Assembly: GCA_951406725.2 (NCBI GenBank)
Contig: OX597818.1
Span: 76,260,001 to 76,324,000, forward strand
Reading direction: 5' to 3'
DNA: 64,000 nucleotides
Source: Octopus vulgaris
Taxonomy: Eukaryota
This document shows positions 44,392 through 57,334 of the stretch, piece by piece. The translations under genes and the position numbers were made by a program. The stretch's first letter is position 1; each line of letters starts with the position of its first letter. The notes under the pieces are model-generated. The model saw nothing but the letters and a program-made list of their open reading frames with translations. It made no database searches and was not told the DNA's origin.

Positions 44392-45426
44392 AGTGGGCAA
44401 TTATAGAGTATTTTCCAGTGGTGTTCACTGTCTATTATTTTAACTTCATCCCACAGGGGGAGGTGGTCTCCGCTTTTCCATACATGATTAGCTATACCCG
44501 ATTTTTCAACATCTCGTGTCACAGCTTTACGATGTTCATCTACCCGTTTTTTGAGTGGGCGGCATGTTTCGCCTTTGTATAACCTACCATAACTGCATGG
44601 GGTGCCGTACACGCAGTGTTTGGTCATATTCTCTTCTATTGGTGATTTTACTCGCAGATATTTGCGAAGTGTTGTATTACTCTTGAACATATGAACCGCA
44701 TATCTTTTGTATGTTTTCCGAGAGGCCTTTCACTTAAGGTAGACAGACTGTGGACAGTTTATGGGTTTCATCCTCTCTCCTCTTCTTAATTGGAGTGGAT
44801 AGCATGTTTTTGAGGTAGTTGTTGCTTAATAGATTGATGGTTGTCACAAAGTTGAGACGCTTGTTTAGTACTGCTTCTTCAGAGTTTTCCAGATGTCGGC
44901 TACTTACGTTAATTACTGCTTTTACAAGTGGGTGACTTCTTAATCTGGCGAGTCTTCACATTCTCAAATTCTTTCTTGTACGATTTTTCTAGATCGTGTT
45001 GGATTCTCTTTCTAATCATCATCCCTGGTTATTCTCCAAAGTAATGAAGATAAACTGTCTCTGATTTCATTATTTAGTTGATGTTTTTTTCCAATGGTTA
45101 TAATAGATCCTCTCACGGACGAGGATGTGCCCTGCCCTGTCCGCTACTCTTCGAGCTTTATTTGAATCCACTGCTGTCATTACATTCAAGCATGCGGGTA
45201 TTAGCTTTGAGTCTCTACATCTACACAGGAAGGTTAGATGATTTGAAAGACGAGCTAGTTTCTGATGGTGTTTCTCTATATGTCTCCATTGAAGTCTAAT
45301 GTCGGCTCCGTACCGATTAGATAATACTGTTCTGTATTTTAGAGATGAGGAATCCTGAACATTATTTTCATTATTCATATTGGACGGATATGTTTCCTCA
45401 TCTTATAGAATCAAAATTCTACCAGG

Positions 45427-45470
45427 ACCCCCGATGAAGGCTGGAGAGTAAATCAGCCGAAACGTTGAGG
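45427..45470 (+). ncRNA. Second (inverted) hammerhead copy in the PLE terminal repeat
   Basis: CCGATGA-A-GGCTG(GAGAGTAAAT)CAGCC-GAAA-CG-TT; U4>C, ACGU palindrome intact, stem I degenerate. Confidence 0.65.
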
Positions 45471-45774
45471 TAACAACAAACAAGATGAGGACACATATCT
45501 GTCCAATCTAAATAATATAAATAATGTACAGAATTCCTCATGTCTAAAGTATAGAATAGTGTTCTGAATATGTTGTAGAGTTTGTGACTCATTTAGAGAA
45601 GCTTAGTTGTTTAGCTGATATAGTTTTTGTAAGGTAATAAACATTTGTTTAACATTTCTTTTCTCAAATTCAAAAGTGCAATAAATATTACTTATTGTGC
45701 CCCACATCCTTACCTGCTCTCAATTTTCAGGGTTTTCGGTTGTGTCAGTGTCAACAGATAGAGATGTGCATTAT

Positions 45775-46420
45775 TCTTTTCTACTCTAGGCACAATACCC
45801 GAAATTTTGGGGGAGGGGGATAGTCGATTAGATCGACCCTAGTACACAACTGGTACTTAATTTATCGACCCCGAAAGGATGAACGGCATAGTCGACCTCG
45901 GCGACTCAGAACGTGAAGATTGACGAAATACCGCTAAGTATTTCACTCGGCGTACTAACGTTTCTGCCAGCTCGCCGCCTTAGAGATGTGTATTATTAAA
46001 TTCCGATGAGCGGCGAGCGTGCAATAGGGCGTCAGACAAAATACAATACCGCATTTCGTCCAGGTCTTAACATTCTGGTTTGAAACCTCTCCGTGGTTAA
46101 CTATGCTATTTATCCTTCGAGATTGATAAAATGAAATACCGGTGACGTATTGGAAATCATGATATCAACAAACCTCCATTCTCGCAAACTTGTTGGCCTT
46201 GTGTCTAAATTAGAAGCCATTATTAGCAGTTATAGGGTGGTGGGTTAATGGAAGAGTTTTGAGGTATTATTTCCAGTATTTACCTTCGTAAATCTAATCT
46301 TCTGAGATCAACTTTGCGTTTCATTCTTCTTTTCAAGATCGACAAAATAAGGTACCGGTCAAAAACTGGGGTTTTTATAAGTGTTTAAGTTCGCCCTCAG
46401 CTTGTTGACCTTTTCTATCA
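45775..46420. mobile_element. Family-B SINE cluster (45775-45980 minus; two decayed plus-strand copies follow)
   Basis: ATCGACCCCGAAAGGATGAA.GGCA.AGTCGACCTCGGCG...TTCTGCCAGCTCGCCGCC. Confidence 0.8.
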
Positions 46421-46509
46421 GAAAAATCTACATTGATACACATACACACACGTTTGTTTGTGTGTCGTTTTATGTTTACAATGTGTGATCGTGTGTGCGT
46501 GAGTGTGTT

Positions 46510-46558
<49 letters not shown>

Positions 46559-46801
46559 TTATGTGTCTTGTTTCTATGTTTACAATGGTTTACAAACCGG
46601 TGTTATTATTCAGGTTGCGTCTCTTTATGTCCATTAATCTCTGCATACACATTATACATGGATACAATCAAAACGATTAATTTCAGTTGGATATATTACA
46701 TATATACATGCATGCATGCATATACATACATACATACATACATACATACATGCAAACATATATATATATATAAATATATATATATATACATACACATACA
46801 T

Positions 46802-46878
<77 letters not shown>

Positions 46879-47141
46879 TAAGAATAAAAATATGTGCACA
46901 GCTGAAAGGAATGAAAAAATGTTGATTTATTAGCCACAACACAGACTTGATAGTTATATTCGCGGAATCAATAACATATGTCTGTATAAAGTAGTAGAAA
47001 ACTGATTTTTTATATCGAATTTATGATGGTTGCCATTTTTATATATATTCTCGAAGAAAATACGTAACTTTTACATCATACTGATGTCGACGTGGCAGGG
47101 AGATAAACTATAGTATCAGTGGCACTCGATAACAACCAATC

Positions 47142-47223
<82 letters not shown>

Positions 47224-47472
47224 CATTAGAAAGACACCAATTTGTCTATCTGTTTATCTATCTGAAAAGCGAGATCTCAATCTATCTATGTGTCTATCTA
47301 GCCACCTACTTTGCTGCCGGCCTGCCTTGCCAGATCTTGTCAACTATAATTGCAGAGAGTCATTTGCAATATGAATTCTGGTTGAGTATAAACTAATTTC
47401 CACTAGCATGGAACCTCAGGTTCCAGAAAGGTAACACATTTGCATTAAAAAGAATTATATATATACACATGT

Positions 47473-47567
<95 letters not shown>

Positions 47568-48027
47568 TGTGTGTATGAAGAATATACAGCAATAAATAAT
47601 CCAGGTGGGTACCGGAAGAGCTCTGAGGTATAGTCCAGGTTCCCCGCTAACCACATAAGTAGTAAGAAGCACCAAGGATCGTTTAGGATGAGCAATCTCA
47701 CCGTAATTCTTCTGTTGGGTAAATTCGGGTTCGCTTCGCTAGATTATGAATATTTTCTGGGCTGTAAATCCAAAACAATTACGAAGAATACGGTGACTGG
47801 TACATCTTCAAATTTTTATTTTAATTTAACAGTTAATTTTACAGCATAGATAGTTAGAATGACCGACACATGTTTCTGTTGCATAGAGTATGTGCTGTTA
47901 TGCATGCAACCCTCGATAATCTGCCATATAGCTTCATTCAGGGTATTTCCACAAGCGTGGTCCATGTATGTATGTATGTATATATGTACATATGTATGTA
48001 TGTGTGTATTTACTTATATGTTTGTGT

Positions 48028-48077
<50 letters not shown>

Positions 48078-48259
48078 ACTGCCCATTTTCCGGATACTGT
48101 TAAATGAGAACTTCCTTTTAGCCGGATGAAATTACGACAAGGTATAAGAAATTTTCGCATTCGCCATATTTAGTTTATTTAATTGCTATAGAGAGCGTTG
48201 CAAGCTGTGTTCATTTCTCAAATGGTTTACCCTGCAACATTCGGTTAGTTAAGCACTTC

Positions 48260-48660
48260 ATACCTATCTTTCACCCAGGTATCACCGTGAATTGTTTCGA
48301 GCAATGTGATTTTCTGGGGTGCATAAATATTGATGTTGTCATGGATACGTTCGATTCCCTTCTTCATGTGTCCCAGAGCTCCGATGACTACTGCTATTAT
48401 TTTGGTCTTCATATTCCTCATCCTGTTGATTTCAATGCCTGGGCCTTTGTACTTGGTCACCTTCTCTGCAACTTTTATGGAGGTGTTTCTTCCGTCATGT
48501 CTGTTGACTTTTGTCTTTCTGTTAGTGTGGATGGGCATGTACCAGATGATGGCGACATCATTGTTGTCAGCGACCACGTTTGGCTAATGTTCATACAATT
48601 TCTTTTTTTATTTTACTTTTACATAACTCCTGCATATTTTCCAGTGTAGGTGCGCCGTAG
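48260..48660 (-). mobile_element. Decayed Dong/R4-like endonuclease fragment
   Basis: IIWYMPIHTNRK.KVNR.D...EK..KYK...IEI.RM..MKT.II.VVIGALG aligns by eye to the C-termini at 50483 and 53436. Confidence 0.85.
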
Positions 48661-49021
48661 CCGTGTTAACCCTGTGGATATGTTTAGTCTATGCTAGTTT
48701 ATAACGATTATTATTTTCTATATATTAATACTCTAAGGCCAAATGCGTCACAGTATCACGTGGTTAGCTGAAAGGCGTGGCGAAAAGCAAGAGAGAAAAG
48801 GCAGAGAGAAAAAGGAGAGAGAGAGAGAAAGAAAGAGGGAAAAAGAGGCAGAGAGGAAAAAAGAAAAGAGGAAGGTAGAAGTGTTAACAATTTGAGGTAG
48901 GGGAAAAGTAATAGTCATCACGTGATTAAAAGTTGGCTGAAGGGAGTGATATAAGGAAAGAGGGTTAGAATACTACCTTGAGCAGAGGGGTGATGTTCTG
49001 GTGATAAGTTTAAAGGAAAGC

Positions 49022-49076
<55 letters not shown>

Positions 49077-49281
49077 GACAAGGGAGGGTAGATATATTAA
49101 AAGTGAGAAGCAGAGAAAGAGAGAGAGAGAGCAGTGACGTTATTACCAGCCGATGCATTATGCAGTCACGTTGTTAGTGGAAGTACGAAGTGAAGAGAAA
49201 GAGAAAGACAGAAATGATAACGACGTGAAGAGGGAAATGACATGGTTAAAAAGTTTGTTAAAGTAAGAGGTAGAGAGAAAT

Positions 49282-49325
<44 letters not shown>

Positions 49326-49619
49326 AGTGTTTAGCTGAGGGAAATTTTAATTTTTTATATCTTCTATTCGTCGATCTGTTCATCTACCCATTCACATTGA
49401 CAAACACATCGATGGGTGGATGGTAGAAAGAAGGTTTGTATTAGATATAATAATAAACATATCGCAGACAACGTAGAAGGCAAAATATGAATCAAAGAGA
49501 AAACAGTGAGTATTTACCACAGATAAGAGGAATATGTTCTAGATAGAATAGAAAATAAAAAGGAGAGAGAGAACGCCAAAAAAAAAAAAAATACTGTAAA
49601 TACATGGTTGAAAGTTACA

Positions 49620-49830
49620 ACATTGGTGACATGAATATTCTCTGTAATCACTGTGAAGCTCTTAGATTTATAAATGAATCTTTGGACTGCTGAGAGAATA
49701 AGAAAGCCATACTCATTCAATAACAGCCATATCCAGAATTGAAAGGTTTTTGAAAATGAAAATAATGTAGGATATACTAATTCAAAAGCAACTAATTTTT
49801 ATACTATATAAACTTCCAACCGTCTAAACA
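49620..49830 (+). mobile_element. Helitron RepHel N-terminal zinc-finger relic
   Basis: From 49625 it reads GDMNILCNHCEALRFINESLDC*, matching the G.M...C..C.A..F..E...CC motif. Confidence 0.55.
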
Positions 49831-49861
49831 AATTTCGTATTTACTGTAGAATCTCCACAAG

Positions 49862-50005
<144 letters not shown>

Positions 50006-50271
50006 TAGTGTTCACGAATGTTTTTCACTCAAAATTAATATCCTCGTTACCAGACACAACAAGTTTCCTCATATATCGAGGTCCTTTCTTACAATCCTTC
50101 CAGTTCCCAATAGAGCAGATTTCTGAATTAATGCAACTCTTGTGGTTACACCAATCTCAATAAGGGAACTGCTAAATCTGTTGGTGACGGTTTCTAAGAC
50201 ATAACGCTTTGAAATATGCAAAGATATAGGTTTTTATTATTATCACCATCATCATCATCATCATTATCATA

Positions 50272-50311
<40 letters not shown>

Positions 50312-50319
50312 GTATTATC

Positions 50320-52663
50320 TTTTTTTTTCTTCTTTCAAATTTGCTTCCATTTCTTGCCGAGTGTCTTCCCGACTCCTAGAGCAAAGAAACTCATAGTATA
50401 CATTGGTAGGCCATTAAACTAAACTCACTAGTTCGTTCATTTTGTTTTAAGTTAAATTAAAATACATGGGTAGTAATAGTTCTCACATCGACAATGCTCT
50501 TCTCAATACGTGTGATGTACCAGTTAAGACAATCTTTTGCACTTCTTGCAGGGATGGTAAGCCAGGGATCATTCTCATATAATTTTCGGTTCCCTTCTTG
50601 ATCATTCCTAGTGCTTCTACGATCACTGGTATTGTAACCGCCTTGAGATGCCACATTTTCTCAATTTCAATGAGCAGATCTTTATATTTTCTGAGCTTGT
50701 CAAACTCTTTCGCCGAGATATTATGATCACAGGGGATGCTCATGTCAATCAATAAGCAAACTTTATTGTTTTGGTCTTTCACAACAATATCTGGTTTATT
50801 GGCTTTGATGGTTCGGTCTGTATGTACTGGAAAGTCCCACAGAATCGTTACATTTTCTCCTTCAGTTACAGCTTCAGGGTGGTGATTATACCACTTGTCG
50901 GCAGTTTTGATATTGTAATGCCGACTTATTAGCCAGTGGAGATATTGGCCAACTCTGTCATGTCTTAATGTATACTCCACTGGTGCTAAGACTTTATGTC
51001 CAGAGATTAGGTGGTCCACTGTTTCAATCATGTTGTTGCAGAATCGGCATTTTGGGTCTGCTCCATTTTTCATCACATTGGCCTGGTAGTTCCGGGTTAA
51101 TAGGCTTTGATCTTGAACAGCCAGGATGAAACCTTCGCTCTCTGCTTTTAGCCCTGAGCTCCGTAGCCACTGATGGGTTTGCTTCTGGTCAACATCAGCT
51201 TGTTTGCTGCGGGCCACATATTTGCCGTGCAGAGGTTTCTCCTCCCACCTATCAGCCAATTGCTCGTGCGCTTTTTTCGTTGCCATTATATTCACCTTCT
51301 TTGCAACAATAGTTGCCGTACTTCCCTCCGGTTGTTCAGTTCGGGTATCCTGCACGAGATCAATAGCAAATTTTTTGTTTTCCTTTATGATAGAATGAAG
51401 CTTCTTTCGTCTCTCGTGATTTTCCACGAGCTTTAGCATCCAGTCATTCGTTATTTCAAGATATTTGGCCAGTCCAATTGTGGTTGTTTTGTAAGCTAGT
51501 TCAAATTGGATCAGGCCTCGACCTCCTTGGGCTCTGGGAAGGTAAAGGCGATCTACGTCTGCCTTTGGGTGGTGCATCCTATTACAACTCAGCAGCTTGC
51601 GTATTTTCCTATCTATATTCTTTACTTCACTCATATTCCATTTCAGCACATTGTAGCTATAAGTACCAACTGGAACTGCTAAGGAATTTATAGCTAACAC
51701 CTTGTTACGTGCATTTAGTTCAGATTTCAGGACTGCACGAACTCTCCTATAACATTCCTTCCTGATCTTCTCTTTCATGCTTGCATGCTGAATACCAGAG
51801 CCTTCATTTATCCCTAAATATTTGTATGTTTGTTCTCTTATGACTGTGTCAACATCTAACACGACTGAATTTGTGGTCTTCACTTTCCCTTTCTGGAAAG
51901 TGGCCTTGGCACACTTCTCAAGCCCAAACTCCATCCCGATGTCATCGCTGAATGCTTTCACAGTGCGCAATAAGCCTTCAAGTTCATTATCGTCTTTACC
52001 ATAGAGTTTTAAGTCATCCATATAAAATAGATGGCTTATTTTTTTATTGGCAATTTTATACCCATACCCTGTTCTGTTTAATTCACTTGTAAGGGGTATT
52101 AGGGCTATGCAGAATATTAAAGGTGAAAGTGAGTCACCTTGAAAAATTCCACAGTTGATATTTATATTTTCTGAGGCAAGTACTCCATTAGAGTGGTATA
52201 ATTGGAGATTCGTATTCCACAACGACATATTGTGCTTCAGGAAGCTTGCAATCACAGGGGAAATTTTGAAGATGTCCAGCGATCTCAAGATCCATGGATG
52301 CGGTATACTGTCGAAGGCCTTTTTATAGTTAATCCATGCGGAGCTGAGATTTCTGCGCTTGTTGTGACAGTTCTCAAGGATCATACGATTAATTAGCAGT
52401 TGATCTTTGCATCCGTATGAGCCTCGGCGGCACCCTTTTTGTTCAATGGTGAACATATCGTTCTTCTCCATGAATGAATATGTTTTCTCCGCCAGGATAG
52501 ATGTTAGGATTTTATACGTGGTGGATAGACAGGTTATAGGCCGATAGTTTTTTTGGAAGGTTGATTTCGTTATTCTTTGGGAGTAGGTAGTAATACCACT
52601 TGCTAACCATTCAGGTGTTTTCTTTGGGTCTCTCATAATTCCATTGAGCAGCTGAACTAGCTT
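50320..52663 (-). mobile_element. 5'-truncated Dong/R4-clade non-LTR retrotransposon (RT, zinc knuckle, RLE) in (AAT)n
   Basis: Open frame 50483-52663 has NYRPITCL, EQKG, NYKKAFDS, GIFQGDSLSP, FYMDD, YKYLG, GGRGL, CRFC...ETVDHL, RHD, NKPDIV...IDMSIP and K..KY. Both ends lie in (AAT)n. Confidence 0.95.
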
Positions 52664-52665
52664 AC

Positions 52666-52758
<93 letters not shown>

Positions 52759-52761
52759 CAT

Positions 52762-53322
52762 CATTGAGTGAGAGAGCAGTTGATTCCATCAAAGTGACAC
52801 TGGGGTAAAATATACGAAGCCCAATATACCCATCATGACTACCCGTCTGATAAAGGTACACCAGGCACATGCATCACAACCATATGTGCGCGACATGGTG
52901 ATCTCATATCAAGATAAACAGCACATGACCTTGCAGGTGGGGCCCAGTTAGAATTTTCTTCAGGTTGAGTAGCCCATCCCGCTCAAACGGTCCCTGAATA
53001 AGGGTTGTTTAAGGATGTTGAAAGAACCACCCATGTTTCCAGAGGTGAACTATTCAAACCCCAAAGAATCCCTCTCAACACATGGCTATGATGCTCCCCC
53101 ACTACTTCTGCTCGTGATCAGAGATGCACATATCGTCAGCCACTAAGGGACATGCTCAACTGGTTAAGGTCAAACAACTGACAAGCAAATCTGTGGTATT
53201 GAGCAGAATATTTGCTGTAGCCCATCTTTTATACCAAGACAAAACAATGTACATGATAACACTTCCAATCAGTTAAGATCAGAAGCCATGAAAGCCACTG
53301 CCTGGTACTGCATCAGGGCATT
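52762..53322 (-). mobile_element. Non-coding ~560-bp dispersed element bounded by AAT repeats
   Basis: No recognisable ORF, with AAT-type repeats on both sides. 53050-53220 has a decayed reverse-complement copy at ~56505-56675. The strand is inferred from the long AAT tract at the 52760 end. Confidence 0.65.
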
Positions 53323-53332
53323 TATTATTATT

Positions 53333-54342
53333 CAGTAGTTTTATTTTTATTTTTATAGCGTGCTTTCACTTCACTACCGAGCACAGCTCTGTGTGCCTTG
53401 GGTATGTGCTGTGATTTGTTGTGATGCTCTGATGGTTATTGTATGGAAAGTGTTCTGCGTAGGATGTGTGCAGTGCCCAGTAGTGCAATTTTCTGTATGT
53501 TATATGTGTTTGTAAGTCCTGGTGTTTTTGTTATGTATTTGTCTGAATATTTTTTTATCATGCCTAATGCACCTACTATGATAGGAATTGTTTCTGTTTT
53601 CAGATTCCACATTCTAGTTACCTCTATTTCCAGGTCTTTGTATTTTGAGAGTTTCTCCATTTCTTTTAGAGACACGTTGTCATCTGCCGGTACTGATACA
53701 TCAATTAGAAAGCATTTTTTTTCTTCATGGTCTCTGACAACTATATCTGGTCTGTTGGCCTTAATTTCTCTATCTGTGTGTATCGGCATATCCCAGAGTA
53801 TGGTTGCTTTCTCGTTTTCTGTGACCTTTTCTGGTGTGTGCCTATACCATCTTTTTTCTGTTGTTATTCCATAATGTTGGCATAGCTTCCAATGTATGTA
53901 AGTTCCAACTCTGTCATGTCTGTGAATATATTCCTTCTTAGCCAGGACTGGGCAGCTAGAGATAATATGATTTATTGTTTCTTGTCCATCTCCACATATT
54001 CTGCAGTTACTTGTAATATTTCTTTTCATTACATGTTTTTGGTAATTTCTGGTGGGGAGGCTTTGGTCTTGTGCTGCAATTAAAAATCCCTCTGTTTCTG
54101 CTTTGAGTCCTGAGCTTCTCAACCATTGCTGGGATTTTTCTTTGTCTATTTCTTTTGCGTTTAGTTTAGTCCAGTATTTACCATGAAGGGGCTTTTCTTG
54201 CCATCGTTTTATCATGGTTCTTTGCTGTTCTATTTTTAGTTTGGATTTCATTTTTTTTATAGCTTTTGTTGTTTCTTCATCTTCTTCTTCTTCTTCATGT
54301 TTATTAGGTGGTATGATTTCTTGTTTGTATTTGTCAGCTTCC
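53333..54342 (-). mobile_element. Second Dong/R4-like element, 3' fragment (different subfamily)
   Basis: ORF 53436-54251 has KPLHGKY, AAQDQ, CRICG...ETINHIISSC, RHD, NRPDIV and IDVSVP. Its 3' UTR differs from that of the first copy. Confidence 0.95.
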
Positions 54343-54404
<62 letters not shown>

Positions 54405-54473
54405 GTTATTATTATCATTATTATTTTATTGTCTTTGCACAGCTTCTAACGCTGGAGATGTACTACTGTGTCA

Positions 54474-54545
<72 letters not shown>

Positions 54546-54614
54546 GTTATTATTATCATTATTATTTTATTGTCTTTGCACAGCTTCTAACGCTGGAGAT
54601 GTACTACTGTGTCA

Positions 54615-54695
<81 letters not shown>

Positions 54696-54764
54696 GTTAT
54701 TATTATCATTATTATTTTATTGTCTTTGCACAGCTTCTAACGCTGGAGATGTACTACTGTGTCA
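54343..54764. repeat. Three tandem units of (TAT)n plus an identical ~68-bp LINE 3'-end block
   Basis: GTCTTTGCACAGCTTCTAACGCTGGAGATGTACTACTGTGTCA at 54431, 54572 and 54722; the periods of 141 and 150 bp differ only in TAT number. Confidence 0.95.
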
Positions 54765-55116
54765 GCTGTTCACTACCAGTGAACTAAGGTAACACCCTTT
54801 ATTTTTCGAGCACCACCCGGAGTATTCGAGCGTTTCCAAGCAGTGCTGTTTTCTGCAAGTGCTCCACCCTTATTGCGGCCCCTATTTGTTCCATGTACTT
54901 CTCAAAATTTTTACTCACTGTTCCTAGGGCGCCCGACAATTATTGGTACTACTACCACCTTTTTCAGCGACCACAACTGCATAATATCCCAAGCTAACCT
55001 GTTATACCTATCAACTTTTCTTTCTTCCTTATCGCATACCTTGTTGTCAGCTGGGTATGCTATATCTATGATCCAGCAACGTTTGCTTTCTTTCTCAATT
55101 AACACTGTTTGTTGGA
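54720..55116 (-). mobile_element. Third Dong/R4-like subfamily, RLE C-terminus and 3' UTR
   Basis: KRCWIIDIAYPAD.....KE..K...Y..LA.....LW....VVVPIIVG, then LQKTALLG.ARILR in another frame. Confidence 0.85.
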
Positions 55117-55141
55117 TTATTATTATTATTATTATTATTAT

Positions 55142-55195
<54 letters not shown>

Positions 55196-55254
55196 TATTA
55201 TTATTATCATTATTATCATTATTATTAATATTATTATTATTATTATTATTATTA

Positions 55255-55344
<90 letters not shown>

Positions 55345-55345
<1 letters not shown>

Positions 55346-55414
55346 TATTCTGTAGTCTTATTTTTATCACGTGCTTTCATTGCACTACCGAGCACAGCTC
55401 TGTGTGCCTTGGGT
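55345..55414 (-). mobile_element. Isolated 3' UTR tip of the second Dong-like subfamily in (AAT)n
   Basis: CGTGCTTTCA..CACTACCGAGCACAGCTCTGTGTGCCTTGGGTA matches ~53359-53404. Confidence 0.85.
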
Positions 55415-55427
55415 ATTATTATTATTA

Positions 55428-55489
<62 letters not shown>

Positions 55490-57334
55490 AGTTACTTATT
55501 TGTCATGAATTGTATTACAGAATATTTTATTCTTACATTGATGCTGTGCTTTGTTATTGAACTGAAAAGTGCCATAGTGCTTATCATAGTGTTTATCAGT
55601 CGTATTTCCTTTTCAGGCTCCTTGTCTTTATTTAAATGTTCTATCATGTGTGACAACAATGAATTCTCGTCATCTTTAGAGATTTCGTAATTACTATCTT
55701 TGGTAAATTTGGAATTCTAGAGGAATATTTTCTTATATATTTGTGTGTGCATGCATGTATATGTATTATAATTTTTGCGATAATTTACTTGTTCTTCCGT
55801 CTTCTCCATGTATATTATCGATGTGGGATGCCACAATCACCTATTAAAATCATCAGGTCGTTATGGTCATCGCCATCATCTTCATTATAATCACCATCAC
55901 CACCACTACCACTGCCACCGCCATCACCACCACCACCACCACAATCACCAACACTAACACCACCACCACTCCTATGTCATCATCATCGTCGTCGTCAGCG
56001 TTATCATCGTCAGCATCACTGTCATCATCACTGTCATCACCATCACTACCATTAATTCTACCATTATTACATCCATTTCAACAACCACCATTTACCTCAC
56101 CACTCTACCATTTTTCATTTGTCACCAAGACACTTAACACATTGACACACTGCAAATAATAACAATCCTTTCTGCTATTGGCACAAAGCCTAAAATTTTG
56201 GGGAAAGGAGCTAATCAATTACATTTGCCCCAGTGTTCTATTGTTACTTGTTTTATCGACCCCAAAAGTCGACACACTGGTAACAATAAAACAATGAAAC
56301 AAAATTTTTGTTTATTTATATATTTTTGTCTTTGGTCAGTAAGTGTTATTTCCTATTTGCTTCTATCTAGAAATCAAAGGAAATTACTACTATTCCCTTC
56401 ACACGTTGCTTTTGTGACCTGGACATCAATGTTTTGAAATCGACCTATTTTCCATTACATTTCAGACAAATTCAGCGCTCAGTTGCTGAAGCAGAAATAT
56501 CATTATAGTAAATATTCTGCTCAATACCACAGATTTGCTTGTCATTTCCTTGACCTTGACCACTTGAGCATATTCCTTAGTCGCTGACATTGTGTGCATC
56601 TCTGATCATGAACAGGAGTAGCGGTGGAGCACCGTAGCTATATGCGGAGGGGGATTCTTTGGGGGTTTGAATGAATGTAGGAAAAGCAAAGTTTGAAGGA
56701 AATATTAATTATTTTCCATGCTTTCTAGAGGTAAGCAAATAGAAAATAACAGTTCCTATCCAAGGACAAAACTCGTATTATACAGTGTAATAGCAGATAT
56801 TGAATCATTGACAACAATGCTATTCACAAATTGACACATTGGTACATTGGCAATAAATGTTCCTAACATAAGCATAGCCTGCATTATTTTAAGAGGAGAA
56901 GTTGTCGATACTGTCGACCACTGTACTTAACTGGGGTTTTATTTTATTGATCCTAAAGAGATGAAAGGTAAATTTGAACTCGACAGGATTTGAACCTAGA
57001 AAGTAAAGAATCAAAACGAATACTACAAAGTATTTTTTCTTATACACCATTATTAATAATAGTTTCAAATTTAGCTCAAGACCAAGGTGTTAGATGATGC
57101 CATTGAACGTGTACTTTTGGCGTGTACTTTATTTTATCGACCCCCTAAGGATAAAAGGTAATGTTGATTTCACTATTTGAACTCAGGGATGTAAAGAGCC
57201 AGGCCAAATTCTGACACTCTAACTATTCTGTTAGCTCACCGACATTGCGTACGTTGTTAATAACTAAATCTGATATACATACACAAAATAATATGTATGG
57301 TCGATTAAATATTGACTTAAACATATGACAACAT

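Larger units (their letters stand above)
44038..45554 (-). mobile_element. Internally deleted Penelope-like element (N-terminus and GIY-YIG endonuclease, RT missing) with inverted pLTR
   Basis: ORF 45070-45378 has the PLE N-terminal HLTFLCRCR...IP..L motif. ORF 44355-44690 has GIY-YIG CVY.TPCS.G..YKGETCR.L..R..EH...S..A.H. 44041-44135 is inverted at ~45430-45530. The flanks carry a 14-bp direct repeat AATAGTGTTCTGAA (44024-44037 and 45555-45568). Confidence 0.9.

Noticed and set aside
52664-52870. N-terminal extension (poly-Asn) of the 795-aa ORF
   Set aside because: Read-through across the (AAT)n target and the adjacent non-coding element; not part of the retroelement protein.
54343-54764. 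CRISPR-like repeat-spacer appearance
   Set aside because: The spacers are pure TAT microsatellite, the repeat is a LINE 3' end, the context is eukaryotic and there are no cas genes.
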